The translations under genes and the position numbers were made by a program. Positions 37,753 to 51,337 of a stretch of DNA of 64,000 nucleotides are shown here, piece by piece. The stretch is from Marsupella aquatica (lineage: Eukaryota; Plantae; Marchantiophyta). Every line of letters starts with the position of its first letter. Positions within the stretch are counted from its first letter, which is position 1. The notes below the pieces were generated by a model, which searched no databases, had not been told where the DNA came from, and saw nothing but the letters and a program-made list of their open reading frames with translations. Location of the stretch: contig OZ316898.1 of assembly GCA_973895155.1 (NCBI GenBank), positions 17,908,752-17,972,751 of the forward strand, read 5' to 3'.

Positions 37753-39787
37753 GCTACCTGTCAATGTAGTGGAGACGTTGTTAACCGTGGACACTCTAAT
37801 TGGTCCAGCATTGGCAACTTCTGCTACGGTTTCTCCTCCAATTGCCATTATAGCACAGCCCCAAATCACTTCTTCCCTCACTCTAACGTCCCTCCAAAAC
37901 GCTCTCCCACGATTTGATTGGCCGAATCCTTCCTATCTCTCTGTCCTCCTTTGCAATCGACATCGTCGCCAGCCATCGACCCTGCTCTTCTTGCGTTAAT
38001 TCGCTAGTTTCTACAGTACTTGGAACACATCTTCACGAAACCATTTCGCTCCTCTCCTGTTCCCCTGCCCTGAGGACCGGTTGATGAGAATGACGCGGAT
38101 TCCGTTCAACGTGCCAAACTGGAGAGAAGCATGCCACCAATTCCTCACCAGTCAAGTCCAGAATTATGACAGGGAATCTATCTCCATCAGAACAAGCATC
38201 TGAAATGATGAAAAACGCACTCCGACGCATTCAGTCAATCCAGCAAAACTGACAGCAAAGGATCGCATTGATGAAATCAATCTCTCCCAATGATACGGGG
38301 ACGAGCGATAAAATCAATCTCCTCAAAAAATCTTCCAATGCCTCAAGACAGCAATTGAACCACTGCTCGCAATTAATCTCGACCAGACTGCCAACCCAAT
38401 CGGTTGCACATAACTTCTATTTGGACGGGCAACACTCTTAAATCACTATCCTCGGAGACAAACAATGCAACCAGATCCTCCCAATAATATCACGTCAAAG
38501 CAATTGGGCCAGTTCACACAAAGACACCGCCTGAACAGATACAATAGCTAGCTGGAAGCATTGTGAAAGTACGATGACGAGGGTACTCTCCATGCAAAGC
38601 TGTGACGCTCACGGCCCAAGCAAGAGAGAGACAGAGAGGGAAAGAACTTTGTAAGCCCGGACAGTTACCCTCTTGCTTACCTAGATGGCCAGCAAGAGCT
38701 AGAGAGACAATGATGGCTTTTCCAGCAATGCGCCTGAATAAATCTGTGGGATTATCTACCAGAGAATGGAGCTGCCACCCCACAGCAATATATTGTAATG
38801 CACTGCACTGAATGGGCTGGACTGGACTGCATTGAGACGGAAAGTGAAGACGGACAGAATGGTGTTGCATCAGAGCACGCAACAATAAATGAATCGATCC
38901 GGAAATAGGAAAGAAAGATGAAGGGGCCGAACGAGAGAAGAAAGGAAGGGAGACAACGAAAGAGACGCGACAGACATTCGAATCGAATTCAATACAATCC
39001 ACTCCACTCCACTCCACTCATTCAAAGTCAAACCAGACACCCACCAGAATCCCATCACAGGTAATTCAATTCAAAGGGAACCAAGCTTAACACAAACGTA
39101 TCGAAACGATAGGGAAAAATGAGCGGAGGCCGAAATTAAACAACCGGCATACATTTGATGTGATGAGCGGAGGCCGGTGAATCAAAACTCTGATCGAGAG
39201 GCTGCTGAATTCCGTTCAGCTGATCGAAGCAGGCAATGCATGTGTGCGTTTGGTGACGATCAGTTGCCGTGCCTAGTTGCCATCAACAGAAAGAAGTCAA
39301 TCATTGCAGAAGCTCCATCATCCTCGAGCCTCTCCTTCCTATTCATATCATCGCCAACAAACAATTTCTCGTATCTCAGGATTTCTCTTACCACTCCACC
39401 TCCTCCTCCTCTTCTTCTCCGTCTTCTCCCTTCCTTTCCACGCAGGCTGCTGCTCCCTCCCCTCTCCCCTCCTCACACTTCCTTCGATCCTGGGTCAGCC
39501 CCGATCAATTAGTCAAACCCAAATTTACCTTCACGTCGAGCTGAGCAGGGACTCACGAGACGCTGGGGACGAGGAGAGGGAGGAGCGCTTTTACTGCATG
39601 GGGAGAGAATCGATCAGCTTTCTTCTTCCATAGCTTCTTGTCTGTCGTTCAGCTCTCTCCTGCTGAGCACACGTCTTGCATGTTCTTGAGTTCCGGCCGT
39701 CCGGCTGTGCGGCCCCTGTGCGACTATGGAGGACCCGTGCGTCCGGCAGTGCGGCACTTTGACTCCGGCGACCGTTCTTGTGGAGTT

Positions 39788-39850
39788 GTTTTAAGGGATA
39801 GGGACAAAGTTTTAAGGTATAGGGACACAGTTTTAAGGGATAGGGACAGG
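39788..39850. repeat. 21-bp tandem repeat x3
   Basis: GTTTTAAGG(G/T)ATAGGGACA repeated three times. Confidence 0.85.
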
Positions 39851-41579
39851 ATTGCCGTAGACTAGTTTAGGAGGCGAACTGTATTGTAAAATTAAAGTGA
39901 TCGCCTAAGTACTGTAGGTATCTAAAAGTACACACACTAGCCCCATTACCTGTTCCTAGAACGTAAATAGAGATTATGGGAGGAGACACTTGGAGAAAAA
40001 AAATGTTTTCTTTTCATTTCCTGTTCATCTTTGCCTTATCCTTGTTTTTTTGGTGTACCCTCTCTAGTTATGCTCTCATTTAAGTCATGGTCTATAGGCT
40101 ACACAGTAGGTTAGAGAACTAACTTTTGATCGCGGTTTGTTAGTAAATGAGTGAAATAAGCACTTTGAATGTAGGTCTGATTTACTGAAATCCAATCATT
40201 TTTAATAAATAATCGGAATCTACAGTCACTCTTCAGGACTTACCGTCTAGAGCGAAGCGTCTACAGTTGATAGTGACACTGGGGTGTAAGTGGGGGGAGT
40301 GGAAAATGCAGACCCTGGCAAGGTAGGTCTTTAAAAGTGCTACAGGAAACTTGAATGTCCTCACCTCCATTTGTGTTCAAAGAAAGGGAGGGCGGATTTG
40401 TACATATGTACAATAGTTGAGTACTTAAAAAAGATGAGCTACAGTAGTCCAAGGCCCATGTGTGGCACTGTTGTAAGGGCAAGCATTTTGTCCTCATGGT
40501 AGCGTTATAATTGCGGAAAGCATTGTTGAAGCAGAAGAGTGTTAAACTAGAAGTGAAAAGAAAAGTGGATGTAGCATGCAAGGCCACCTCTCGGAAGAGG
40601 GGTCCAATTGGCAGGGCAATTTCTTCAATGGTGAGGGTGACCTCATGGGCTCATAGAGGTGCTGAGAGAAGTCATTTTGCCAAACCCTGTGGTCAGAGAA
40701 AATGGGTGGGGGAGTCCAATGGCCTGGGTTCGTCCCCATCCAAATGTCATTTGCTAAGGAGACCACAGCGAGAAAAGAGCAGAATCCTTTAAAACAGTTT
40801 TTATTGATGATTAGATCGACGGAGCGGAAGGCTAGGAGGAGGTTATTTCATTAACTCGGGTTAGAATGAATAGGTTGCCACGGAGAAGCTTAATTCTGGG
40901 AGTCGCTGCAGTTGGAGTGGCTCTGAAGGTATCTTCACTGTGATTAAAATAGGACCACATCCCCCAAAAAGGATTATGATTCCACGTCCATTGTGTCCAA
41001 AATTTCTTGGGATAAATGAGTTTGGTGGTATCTTGTCTGGGCACGGGGGCCCCAAGTTAAACCCGGAGATTTTGGGTTTGGTAGATACATTCTGTGGGGG
41101 TAACTTGGCCACACCATTTGTTAGCTAGGATTTTGAAGATGTTTATGATTGCCACCGTTTAGGCAGAAACGACATTCCGAAATTCTGATGGGCCCCTCCA
41201 ATGCTTTTCCCAAAACAAAAAGTAACTCAGCCCTATACTCTACTACATAGTGAATGTTAGGTGAATCATGTGCTACTGAATGTACTTACCATGCAGGATA
41301 TTTCCCACACAATCTGTGCATCATTCATAGCAATTCTTGGAATTACCCGTTGCCACCAATACCGAGTTAGTGGTAAGTGTATTTTCTTCCTAAACTCAAA
41401 TGCTCTTGTTTGACACACTTAGGGCATGTCAAATGTGCATATTTTTAAACACTCTACCACTGTAATACCAAATCCCGCCAAAATGGTGGGATCATCCATT
41501 TACAAAGTGATGAAAAAGGGGGAACCAACCAACCTTGACCTTCCATCAAGATGTACCGTTAGATCTATCAATACACCCA

Positions 41580-42725
41580 TCTAAAACACATGCCTGCCCA
41601 AGCAGTGTATAGCCTGCACCTGCCTGAGATTAAAAAATTAAATAAAAAATTAAATATATTTCTAAATTATTAAAATTAATATTTAAGAAATTGTGGGGAA
41701 AACTTTGAGAATTTGAAAAACTTGGGATATATAAAATTATTTAAATTATTTACTCAAAACGAAAAAACACTCAATTTTTTTCGTTTTGGGGCTGAAACCC
41801 AAGGATGAAGCATCATATAAAATGTATGGAAATATTTGTGCAATTTTTTGTTCTTGGTGCCCCTTATTTTTAATTTTTTCCCAGTACGATGCCTAATTTA
41901 GTTGGTAATACGCAAGATCTAAAAATTTAAAATTTTTAAAAACAATATTTTTACTTGTCACTCGATTGTGCTTGGACTCTATGATACATTGATGGCTATG
42001 TCACGGGTTATTGAACACAACCATAACAAGTGTATAGCCGGGATGACATATAACATGTCTTGATAACTACATCGCAAAGCTTATATTTTCTTGCCCTTGC
42101 TTTGACATATTTTCTTGCCTTAACATTTTTTCTAAGATCTTTACATATTTATTTCTCCTGAACATCTTCTCGGGGGTCTCACTATATGGAGGCCTCCCGA
42201 TCACCAACAACGTTTATAGGCCTCATAGCCCCCCAAAAGTAAGAAAATAAATATTTTCAAACCCTATAAAGTTGGAATGTTCCAAAATTGATTAAAAAGA
42301 CCCTAATGTTCTTATGTCTCAAAATTGGATTGAAAAGACACTTGTTATTCTGAGGAAATTCTTTAGTCTTCCTTTAAAACTAATAAAATGACATTATCCT
42401 TTGTCACATGTGATGTGTCATTTTTGTGGAAGCAAAATCTCCAAGAACATCTTTTCTCATCTTGCCATTCTTTTCCTCACATTGACATCTTTATTTCACC
42501 ACTACATTTTTTCTCATTCTTGACATCCTTTCAAGATCTCCTTGAGATTTTTTCTCACCTTTAGCCCAAATTTTAGTTCACACATTGAAATTTCTAACAC
42601 AAATGGCATGTATAACTTATGTTTCTTTAGGATGTCTTTGTCATCTTTTCTCTCCTCGACATATTTTTCTCAACTCGACTTCTTTACCTCACCTTGGCAT
42701 TTGTTTCTCTCATTTTCATCTTTTC
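41580..42725 (-). mobile_element. Dispersed repeat family X, inverted and interrupted copy
   Basis: TTGTGCTTGGACTCTATGAT..TTATTGAACAC (41966-42018) is the reverse complement of the family core, with ACATCTTTT repeats following. Confidence 0.6.
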
Positions 42726-45700
42726 CTGAGGTAGATCTCATCAACATTCATATATTAAGCTACCATGAAGGCCGAGATCATTGAAGATACAAAAGTGTCT
42801 TTTTTTTCAATGTCTCACTTTCTAAATTATCATTGCGAGGCTCAAACTAGGTTTATTACTTGTAATTTCATTATCTGCACATTTGAGCGCTAAGCAGAAC
42901 TCAAAATAAACAATGGCTAAGGCATTGACATAGCTAAGCTAAAACTGAAAATCAATGTTGATTGTAGTTCCAAATCGCTGATTGTCATGCCACGTGTCAC
43001 AATCTGAGAGGGGTGTCAAGTATCAAGCCAAGGGGTGTGCATTTTATTGTCTTTCGCTCAAAACTGGTTTCTCACATGTTCTGACACAAATGGCATGAGT
43101 ATAACTTATGTGTCTGATACTCATTCAACCCTCCAAAAGAGTGCCCAAACAGCTAGGACTCTAGCCTTCTTTCCGTCCCTAGCTTCAATGCATGACCCCA
43201 ACAATTATTTCCCTGCTGAAAGGTTTCACTCCAATAATTTAGCCAGGTAACTCATAAAATAGGGCTTTGGACGTCATGTGAAGGTGAACGGTTTTTTTCT
43301 CTGTATGTTCTATTCCACACCTCCCAAAATACCCTACCATGGCTACCCCATTGCAAGAGACCAGTTTTCACTTCCCTCTCATATCTTTTACCAAGCATCC
43401 AGATCACTTGATGAATACTATACTGCCAAGTATTAGATGCGCTTATGCAAACCGGGAGACTGGATCCCAAAGACAGGAGACCCAATAAAGGAGAGGAAAC
43501 AAAGACAAACTCACAAAACTGAAGAGCCTCAAAGCTTGAGAGTCCCAACAAGAGTCCCCCACAATGGCAAATGAAATCCTACTGACCAGTAAACTGAAAA
43601 GCCTGGTAAAGCTCAGGCCAAACCCCATATGTGAGTCTTAAAAAAGAATTTGGGTAGAGACCCTAGCTACAACCAACCATCCAGATCACTTAGAGGTATT
43701 GTATGCTGCAAGCACACAGGTATGTTGCTAGTGAGGAGAGTATTGTTAGCAAGTCATGGAATTGATTCTTAATACCTTTTTTAATTTTGGTTGCCTTTTG
43801 CATTTCTCGGACTCCATATGCCTAGCAAGTTTGCTACCCAAAAGAGGAGTCCCAAAATTGGGTGTTACTTACAACTAACACAAAGAATCAAATAATAGCT
43901 AGCTAGTGACTAGGTTTGATAATCGGGTGCTGTATATTTAGCGTTTTTTCCCCATGTGAGAGAAAAGTATGGGAATGTGAGGAATTGTTTTTTCCTGTTT
44001 GCTCCCATGGTAATGATACATTTCCTTCATGCTTTGGCCCATTTACTAGAATACAAATTGGAGCAGGCATATGTCTAGCGAGTGACGAGGCAAAACTGTC
44101 CAGTCATATATGAATCCTACCTTTCAAGGTGGGGTTGCATGCATTCAAGAAAGGTTAATTTATGCCAACACAAGGCAGGAAAAGCGCTGATCCGAAATGC
44201 CCTCTGATACAAGTAAGTGTCCAAAAAGGTTACTTTCCTCTAACGTGTCATTTTGACAACTTTCCAATTTACAGCAAACAAAAAGTTAGAAAACTTTTCT
44301 CTTCCTTTCCAGTGGCACCTTTTAAAACATATTCTCAGAAGGTTGCGTCCGTTGGCACAAGACATATTTAGTCTCTCATAGCAGAAAAGATTCTAACATG
44401 CTAGTATGCATGTCTGTTACGTACTATAAGAAAGGCTTTTACGATGGATGATTGCTTCAGCAATGATAACCCAAATCATAAAATTCTCAACCATATGGAC
44501 ACCTGGTTTTTTCCCTTTAGTGGGTCTCCTGCCTTTGGGTTCCTCTCTCCAGGTTAGATGCTTTCTGTTCTTTTGAGTGATCTGTATAGACACCCAGCAT
44601 GTCTGTTTGTCTGACCATACCACAGGGAGAAACAAAGGGTCACCAGGAAGAAAGTAAGGTGGCATGTTGGCCCCAAACATAGCATAGTTGCGCATAGCCT
44701 TATTGGGCGAGTGGAGCCCATAACCATATAGATCCACAGAACATCACCCAAGTTTAATTTGATGTTGCGTAATTAGATGGTGACAAATCGAGCCAGTCTA
44801 AATTCAATTTCTAGGTTCAGAAAGAAAGCTCGTGAACTCCTTGCATGGCTCACAAAAAAAGTATTGCCATGTCCTTTGTTTGTTTGTTTGTTTGTTTGTT
44901 GTAAGTTGACTTCCCCCCGGTGGTTGGTCTCGTGGTTGATTTTTTACTGTGATAGAGAAAGATAAACTGATTCATAGCATAAATAACATGCCATGCTGAA
45001 TGTTTCCTTTCATCTTTGGATCCTCCATCAAGGGGATTAATGAGAACAATTATTTACAATAGCAGCCCCTTACTCTCTCAACTCACCCCCTACAGTTCAA
45101 CAGTTTAACCAGGTGTGCAATCTTTCATCGCAAGAATTCATTTAAACATATTTCAGAGAGTGGCCTGTCTCACTGAAACCTAGCAAAAACATTGTTTGCG
45201 ACTTATCTAAACGGAAACACTTTTTCCAGAGCATGTCACCTTATATAAATTTGTTCACATTATAATGTCTGGAATTTAATTTCTTCCCCTCCATCTCCCC
45301 AAACTGGCCAGCACATTTTTCCAGCCCAACTGAATTGGAACTTAGTTTGCTTTACTGTGCTGGGTGCAAATACTTAAATTAACTATTATTGTGCAATCCT
45401 AATTAGTACAACAGTAATGCGGATATATAATTTGTGCAGGGCACAATTTTGAGCCTTCCATCCTCCATCTCAATCAATTTCAGATACTCTTATTGTCAGT
45501 TAATATTAATAAATTTATATAATATATTTTAATATGATATTTATAATATAATATTAATAATTGGAATGAGTGTTAAAATTGCAATTTTAGAAATGCATTA
45601 GTGTCACCCCCCTTCTATTGTAAATATGGTGGTCCCCCAACTAGGCGTTCATCGCTCATCTTGATTTCACTTCCATCCTCGACATATAATAATTGAGGGT

Positions 45701-46739
45701 GCTTTAAAAGTGGCGCAAGCATCGAACGATGCAACCTCTCCAATCAAAACCCCCTTCCATTTTATAGGTTAGCATGACCGGTTTAGCATGAAAATATTTG
45801 CAGAATAAACTAAGCAACTGATGCAAGCATTGAACTATGCACCCCATCCAATCCCAACTTCACACTTGCAAGTTTATTTATTAATAGCTTGCTTTTCTTT
45901 TGCTAAAGACAAAGAACACGAGCTTCCAATTTCGTAGAATGACAGAATCTGTCTCCTTCAATATAGGATTTTCCTTTCTTGCAAAGAAAACAGGTTGAGG
46001 GAGATGCCTACTAGATATCAAGCCTGATGCACGTGGAGAGCTTGAACATAGGCTAAGTTTAAGGTAATATATATATAGGCCAGGAGTCAAAACTGGCATA
46101 TTTTGTTTATCTGCCTCACGTTATGTCACTAACATATGGAGCCACTGGCGTCCCAAACCTTAAAACATGAGGTAGCCTAACTACTAGGTTGCCAATGGAA
46201 AGCGCCAAACAAAGTACAACGGGGTAAAGCAAATAAGGTCCAAAGAGGACAAACACCAACTCCAAGGAAGAGGGCAAATGAAACCCGCAAAACCTGAGAT
46301 ATATACTTGACGGACCACTAAATTGAAAGGTTTTGGGTATGTTGATTTAAGGTCCATCAACCATCTGGATCACTCATGAGGTCCATCAAGTAGCACTTTT
46401 CATTTCGGGGGTCCATCATGTATATCTCTCCCCAAAACCTAGCATATAAGAAAATTAAAGAGACAAAGATTTATGATTGGGATGAGCTATGGTCCACACC
46501 TAGTTATAGTGCAATAGTGCTTGTGGTGCTCATGATCCATATCTAGTGTCCTAAATAAGTCTACAAGTGAGACATGGATGTACTCTAATAAGGGGCAAGC
46601 CTCCTTCAGGTTGGTAATAACTAGGTTAAGGTTAGTCACAGAAAAAGCTATAACGGGCTACCAAATTCATGACCCATAATTGTTTCCCATAAAAATGATT
46701 ATATGCCATGACCATAAGTTACTTTAGAGGCTAAGGGGA

Positions 46740-47150
46740 AAAACCTACAGAAAACCTTTACAGTGTATATCAAACTGCCAAACTAAAAGACATGATCCCA
46801 AAGGCAAAAGACCCACTAAGGGGAAAAATGATGGAGAGGCAGAGACCCTAACAAGACCAAAGAGGTCCCACAAGTCCAAGAGTCCCCTTCAACCCCAATG
46901 GAACAACTAGCCCACAAAGGAAAAGAAAAGAAAGATAAAAACCCTATGCAGCCAAAAACTAAAATTAAAGCATGATAGAGCTCCGGAGTAAATCAGGTAG
47001 GAGGGACATGCAAAGGCATTGGCCGACAAGCCCTAAAACCTACAGCCTCCACCCTGTAGTGAAAGAGCCCACTGAAGTGCAATGGACACCCACTGTCAAA
47101 GGAAGGACATCAGGACCAAAACAGAGGGATATGGCCTTAGCTCTAGACTA
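46740..47150 (-). mobile_element. Decayed 3' end of a CRE-like retrotransposon
   Basis: Minus-strand translation SVLVLMSFL*QWVSIALQWA aligns with SVLTTHFRQCISVTLQRA of the 21761 ORF. The tail motif GAGGTCCC..AAGT is shared with 22544-22560 (reverse), ~205-240 and ~43525-43560. Confidence 0.55.
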
Positions 47151-49193
47151 AACCCCATGAGATAGGGTGGGTAAACCGTCCTTTCAAGAATTTCATTTCC
47201 ATTTCTTAATGCCCAAAAGCCATCAACTGTACAGATGAGACCTTGAGATGCCCAGAGTGTCCTTTTTGCCTTTGGCTAGAAGTCATGTGATGATATCCCA
47301 ATAATTGTTGAAGCATTGTTTTTGATTCAGCACATGTACCTTGTGTACCCCACAATAGAAACAAGGATATTCCCTTGGACGCCCTTTTTCAATCACTCCA
47401 AGAATGTCAGAAACCCTAGAAACTATCATCTGACACGGCCTATTCCTTCTTTTTCCAAGTTTGTGAACAGACCATGGGAGAGATTTTGGCGGGAACCAAG
47501 TGATTTTTGAGTTGTTTATGCGTATAGTAATGTCAAACTAGAGCTTCAGCTAGAGTTATAGAGGCTATTATTTCCCACAATGCTCTGCAACCAAGACTTT
47601 AATACAGTTGAATGCCTAAGAGTTTTTTTTTCCTAATTTGGAAAGAGTATATGAGAATCTTTCTAAAGAGCTGAAATCCAAATCTTCAACGGGGCCTTCT
47701 TCTCCAAAGTTAGAAATCACTAAGGGTATTAAGTAACTAGTGTAGCTAAGAAGGGCTGCTTGTACTCAACTCACCCTGTCAACACATACTTATGAGCATA
47801 GTTAATTATAAGAGAATAATGCCAAAAACATTACTGCCTACAGGTGCACCACTTTGTGAGGTTGTAGAATTCAATTCATGAAGAATAGAATTCGATGGGT
47901 AGTATTCAACTCATAAAGAGTAGAATTAGATCAGGAATGGGTAGAATTGATCACCAATTATAGGCATCCCAGTAATTGCACATCAAAAACCAACAGCCAT
48001 TTGTGTATTTAAAATAACATACACTGATTTAAACAAAATATTTGGGTATGGAATGACATAGTACACCCCATTTATTACGTGCAATTACTGGCACCGGGGC
48101 ACCAATCATTTAAAAATAAAAAAATTTAAAGGGGAAATCTGTGAAACCCCTCAGAAAGGGAAGAGTCAGCCACAACAGTTATACCGAAGACCTATTAGTC
48201 TATACTCAAGTGAGTTAACACAAAGTCATGCCTCTATGGGTTGGCACCAATCACATTATAGAGAGAAATCTACAAGTGGGACTGAACTTGCATATGTGAA
48301 ATTCCCTGGTAGTCCCACTTGCATGCAAAGTGTGAAATAACATAACTTAAATATCAACTTGACTCCACAAAAATAGATGTCGACATTCAAGTGAAATATG
48401 CTGAGTCAAATTTCCTGTTCCATTGTTAGGGCATCTCAAACTGCCATTTCCCATTTTTTTTCCAGTTAGCCATTTTTAGAAATTTGTGTCAGCAACCTAG
48501 ACCAAAACCCAGCTTTTGGGCCAACTTTATCCATAGGGTTTTGAGTTTAAACCCCCACTAGCCAAGACAAATATGTGGTTACACAAATTTCACCATTTTT
48601 AGTATTTTTTCCCAAAAATCTTGGAGCAAAGTCTCCCTCTAGAGAAGAGTAATGTGAATTAGTGAGAAGTTTTGGACACTCCTTTTTTGATGTGGCCAGT
48701 GGTGGTTTAAGATGAGTTTCAACACGATCCCATGGGTCAAGTGGGCGCAGGTTTTTTTTAAAAGGGTGCTAACTATTCTCGAAGGGCACCAATGGATATT
48801 AGGCGAGCCAACTTTTGGTGGGGATGCTGGTGCATTGACCCCCCAAGTTTCCAATGGTCAAGTTTTGCAGAACTGCAGAGTTGTGGTCTGTGGTCCATGG
48901 TCCAGCCCACAACATTAGAGCATCTCAAGTATTGTCCATTTAACTGCTTGGATTACACCCCGGGTGTGTTGTGGTTTGGGACAACAATCAAGACTGGTTG
49001 GACACAGATGGTGAGGACCTACCAGTCACTTCTGGGACCATAAAAAGCCCTGATTTCACGGTAATCAGAATAGCATTCAATGTGTCATGGGGCCACAATC
49101 TTTTGTACCCCAAAATATAATTGCCTGTTTATACCCTCTTAGGGTGCTCCCTACTGCCTTTGGGGCCTCCCTTGAGGTGCCAGTTTTTTTCTT

Positions 49194-49830
49194 TTATGAG
49201 AGGCCCTATTTTTGTCCCCTTTTTTTTGTTTATGAGAGGCCCTATTTTAGTCACCTTTTTTCGTTTATGAGAGGCCCTATTTTAGTCACCGGAATACTCT
49301 GGGAATGAGCTGGTTTGATCCAGAGTCTTCTCAATGCCGTCTCCTCTTTTTGACAATTCCTTTGGAAATGCATTCTTCTCGTGGAGACAGAGCCCGCATG
49401 TAAAAGATGTTCTGGTTCACCTCATCACATGGAAGATTTTCTGTTCGGGCCATTCTGTGCCGTTCGGAAGATAGTGTTCGATTCAGACGTTACATCACTT
49501 CTCTGATTGCTCGAGTGTGACAAAGTTGCGTAGTATTTTAGTCGGGCAGGGCTGTTTCGCCTCTCTGATTGCTCGATCTCGTGACAAAGCTCCGTAGGAT
49601 TTTGGTTGGGCAGGGGCTGCTTTGCCTCTCTGATTACTCGAGTTCGTGAGAAAGTTGCGTAGTTTCCGCATTTCGGTTGGGCAGAAAGTCGAACAGAAAG
49701 TTAGGAATTCTTTGGAGATGAAACTTTGCAGAATCTCCAGCAATTTCAGAGATCGGACTACTCGTGGCAATTTCAGAGATCGAACTACTCGTGGCAATTT
49801 CAGAGATCGAACTACTCGAGGCAATTTCAC
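49194..49830. repeat. Cluster of short tandem repeat tracts (~35-bp x3, ~65-bp x3, 27-bp x3)
   Basis: TTTATGAGAGGCCCTATTTT x3; CTCTCTGATT(G/A)CTCGA..GTGA(C/G)AAAG x3; GCAATTTCAGAGATCG(A/G)ACTACTCG x3. The last explains the LPRVVRSLK repeats in the ORF track. Confidence 0.85.
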
Positions 49831-51337
49831 AGAAGTTATTTACTGCCCTTCGTGATTTTTTCGTTTTGTAATTTTGAAGGTATTTTGGAGAACAATGCAC
49901 AGTCAAAGACTTGGATTCTCATTCTACACATTTTAATCAACAATCTCGTAGACGTTTACTACCTCTTATACATTTAAGTGTATTAAGATCCCCAAGATTT
50001 GGATGAACTCATCGTGAGTATTCTCTTCTGCTTGGAATAAATACCCTGTAAACAGGACTTTATTATATACCTTTGGACGATAATATTACACAATGCCCTG
50101 TAATCAAGACTTTCCTATATATACCTTTAGCTAGCGACAATTTCACTAATAGCACTTTTGAGAGAAGAGGGATTGAATTGACATTTTCACAGATGTACTC
50201 GGACTAGGAAAATATATTATAAGCCAGAGTTGGAAAGCAACATGTTCCTCAATGTGCTGCAATAACATTCAACGTGATCTGTGATAAATATTCGCCAGCA
50301 GTACATACTGTTGGTGTGTACTCGTTCTCAGTTTTTGTCCCGCACAGTTAACAGTTACTCTAGACTGTAGCCCATTACGCATAACACACTCGCCAATACA
50401 GTTTACCCCTGTACGCATGATACAGCCACCCAACACGCCGGATGTCCAGCCCTATCCAACATCGATTCACACTGTAGCCCATTTCTGCATGACGGAAGAG
50501 TACTATGCTTATGTATTTCAGGCAGTGATGACTCTGGGAATTATATGCGATGCACCACTCAGGCCACGAATGCAGTCGAAGGCATTACCTGCTGAATATG
50601 ACATGGCCTGAAGGTAAAGCATTAGGAGTGTGGCCATGGCTTACGAACGTGAAGTACAAACCCGGTACTCACTCTCATCAGTGGAACATGAGTACTGGGT
50701 ATGTCACACTTACAACAAAAATTTCCTGATCAACAATGTCACATAGGCGAATAAACTTCACCACATACCAAGGCGGAATGGTGTTTCTAAATGGGTTGGA
50801 ACCTGAAGCATAATTTTAATGTTCATTGATGACCAGAATACTGTGACACCTACTTCAGAGATCGGAATTGAAATATCACCACATCTCACAAAGAAAATGG
50901 TCCAAGCACTCTCCAGCTATAACATCTACACTTCCCGATGTTGACACTTTATGGCAGAAATCAATTTCACAAGTCTTGTGGGTGAGTGTCTCGTGAGTTT
51001 TGCTGCACGCAAAACCACCAGGTTAAAAAATAAGAACGCGGCTATCTGGTTCCATCTGTTCAATTCTCTACTGAGAAGTGCCAGGCGCTTGTATGACAGG
51101 GATACTTTAGCAAAGTAAATCAGAAAAAGTATGGAGCAAATAACAGGGTAAACTGTATTCCCAAGACAACTTACATCTTCCAAAATGGGCCACGCTACAA
51201 AGCTAACATTGGATGGCAACCTTCATAATACCATACGCAGCCTTATAAAAAAATGCGAGCAAAATCCTACAGAGTATTGCGTATTATTGAAAAGGGTTCT
51301 CTTTTTTCTATGCATCTCCAAATCCTACCAGATATTG

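Noticed and set aside
37646-37999. ORF with an ERERER tract
   Set aside because: Product of translating the (AG)n microsatellite.
40260-41130. Possible L1-type LINE remnant (also 48700-49050)
   Set aside because: Only vague Trp-rich similarity (DIWMG, KWAQVF) and no RT or endonuclease motif, too weak to annotate.
49495-49977. ORFs with repeated peptides (LPRVVRSLK, NFRDRTTRG)
   Set aside because: Explained by the 27-bp DNA tandem repeat, which is open in several frames.
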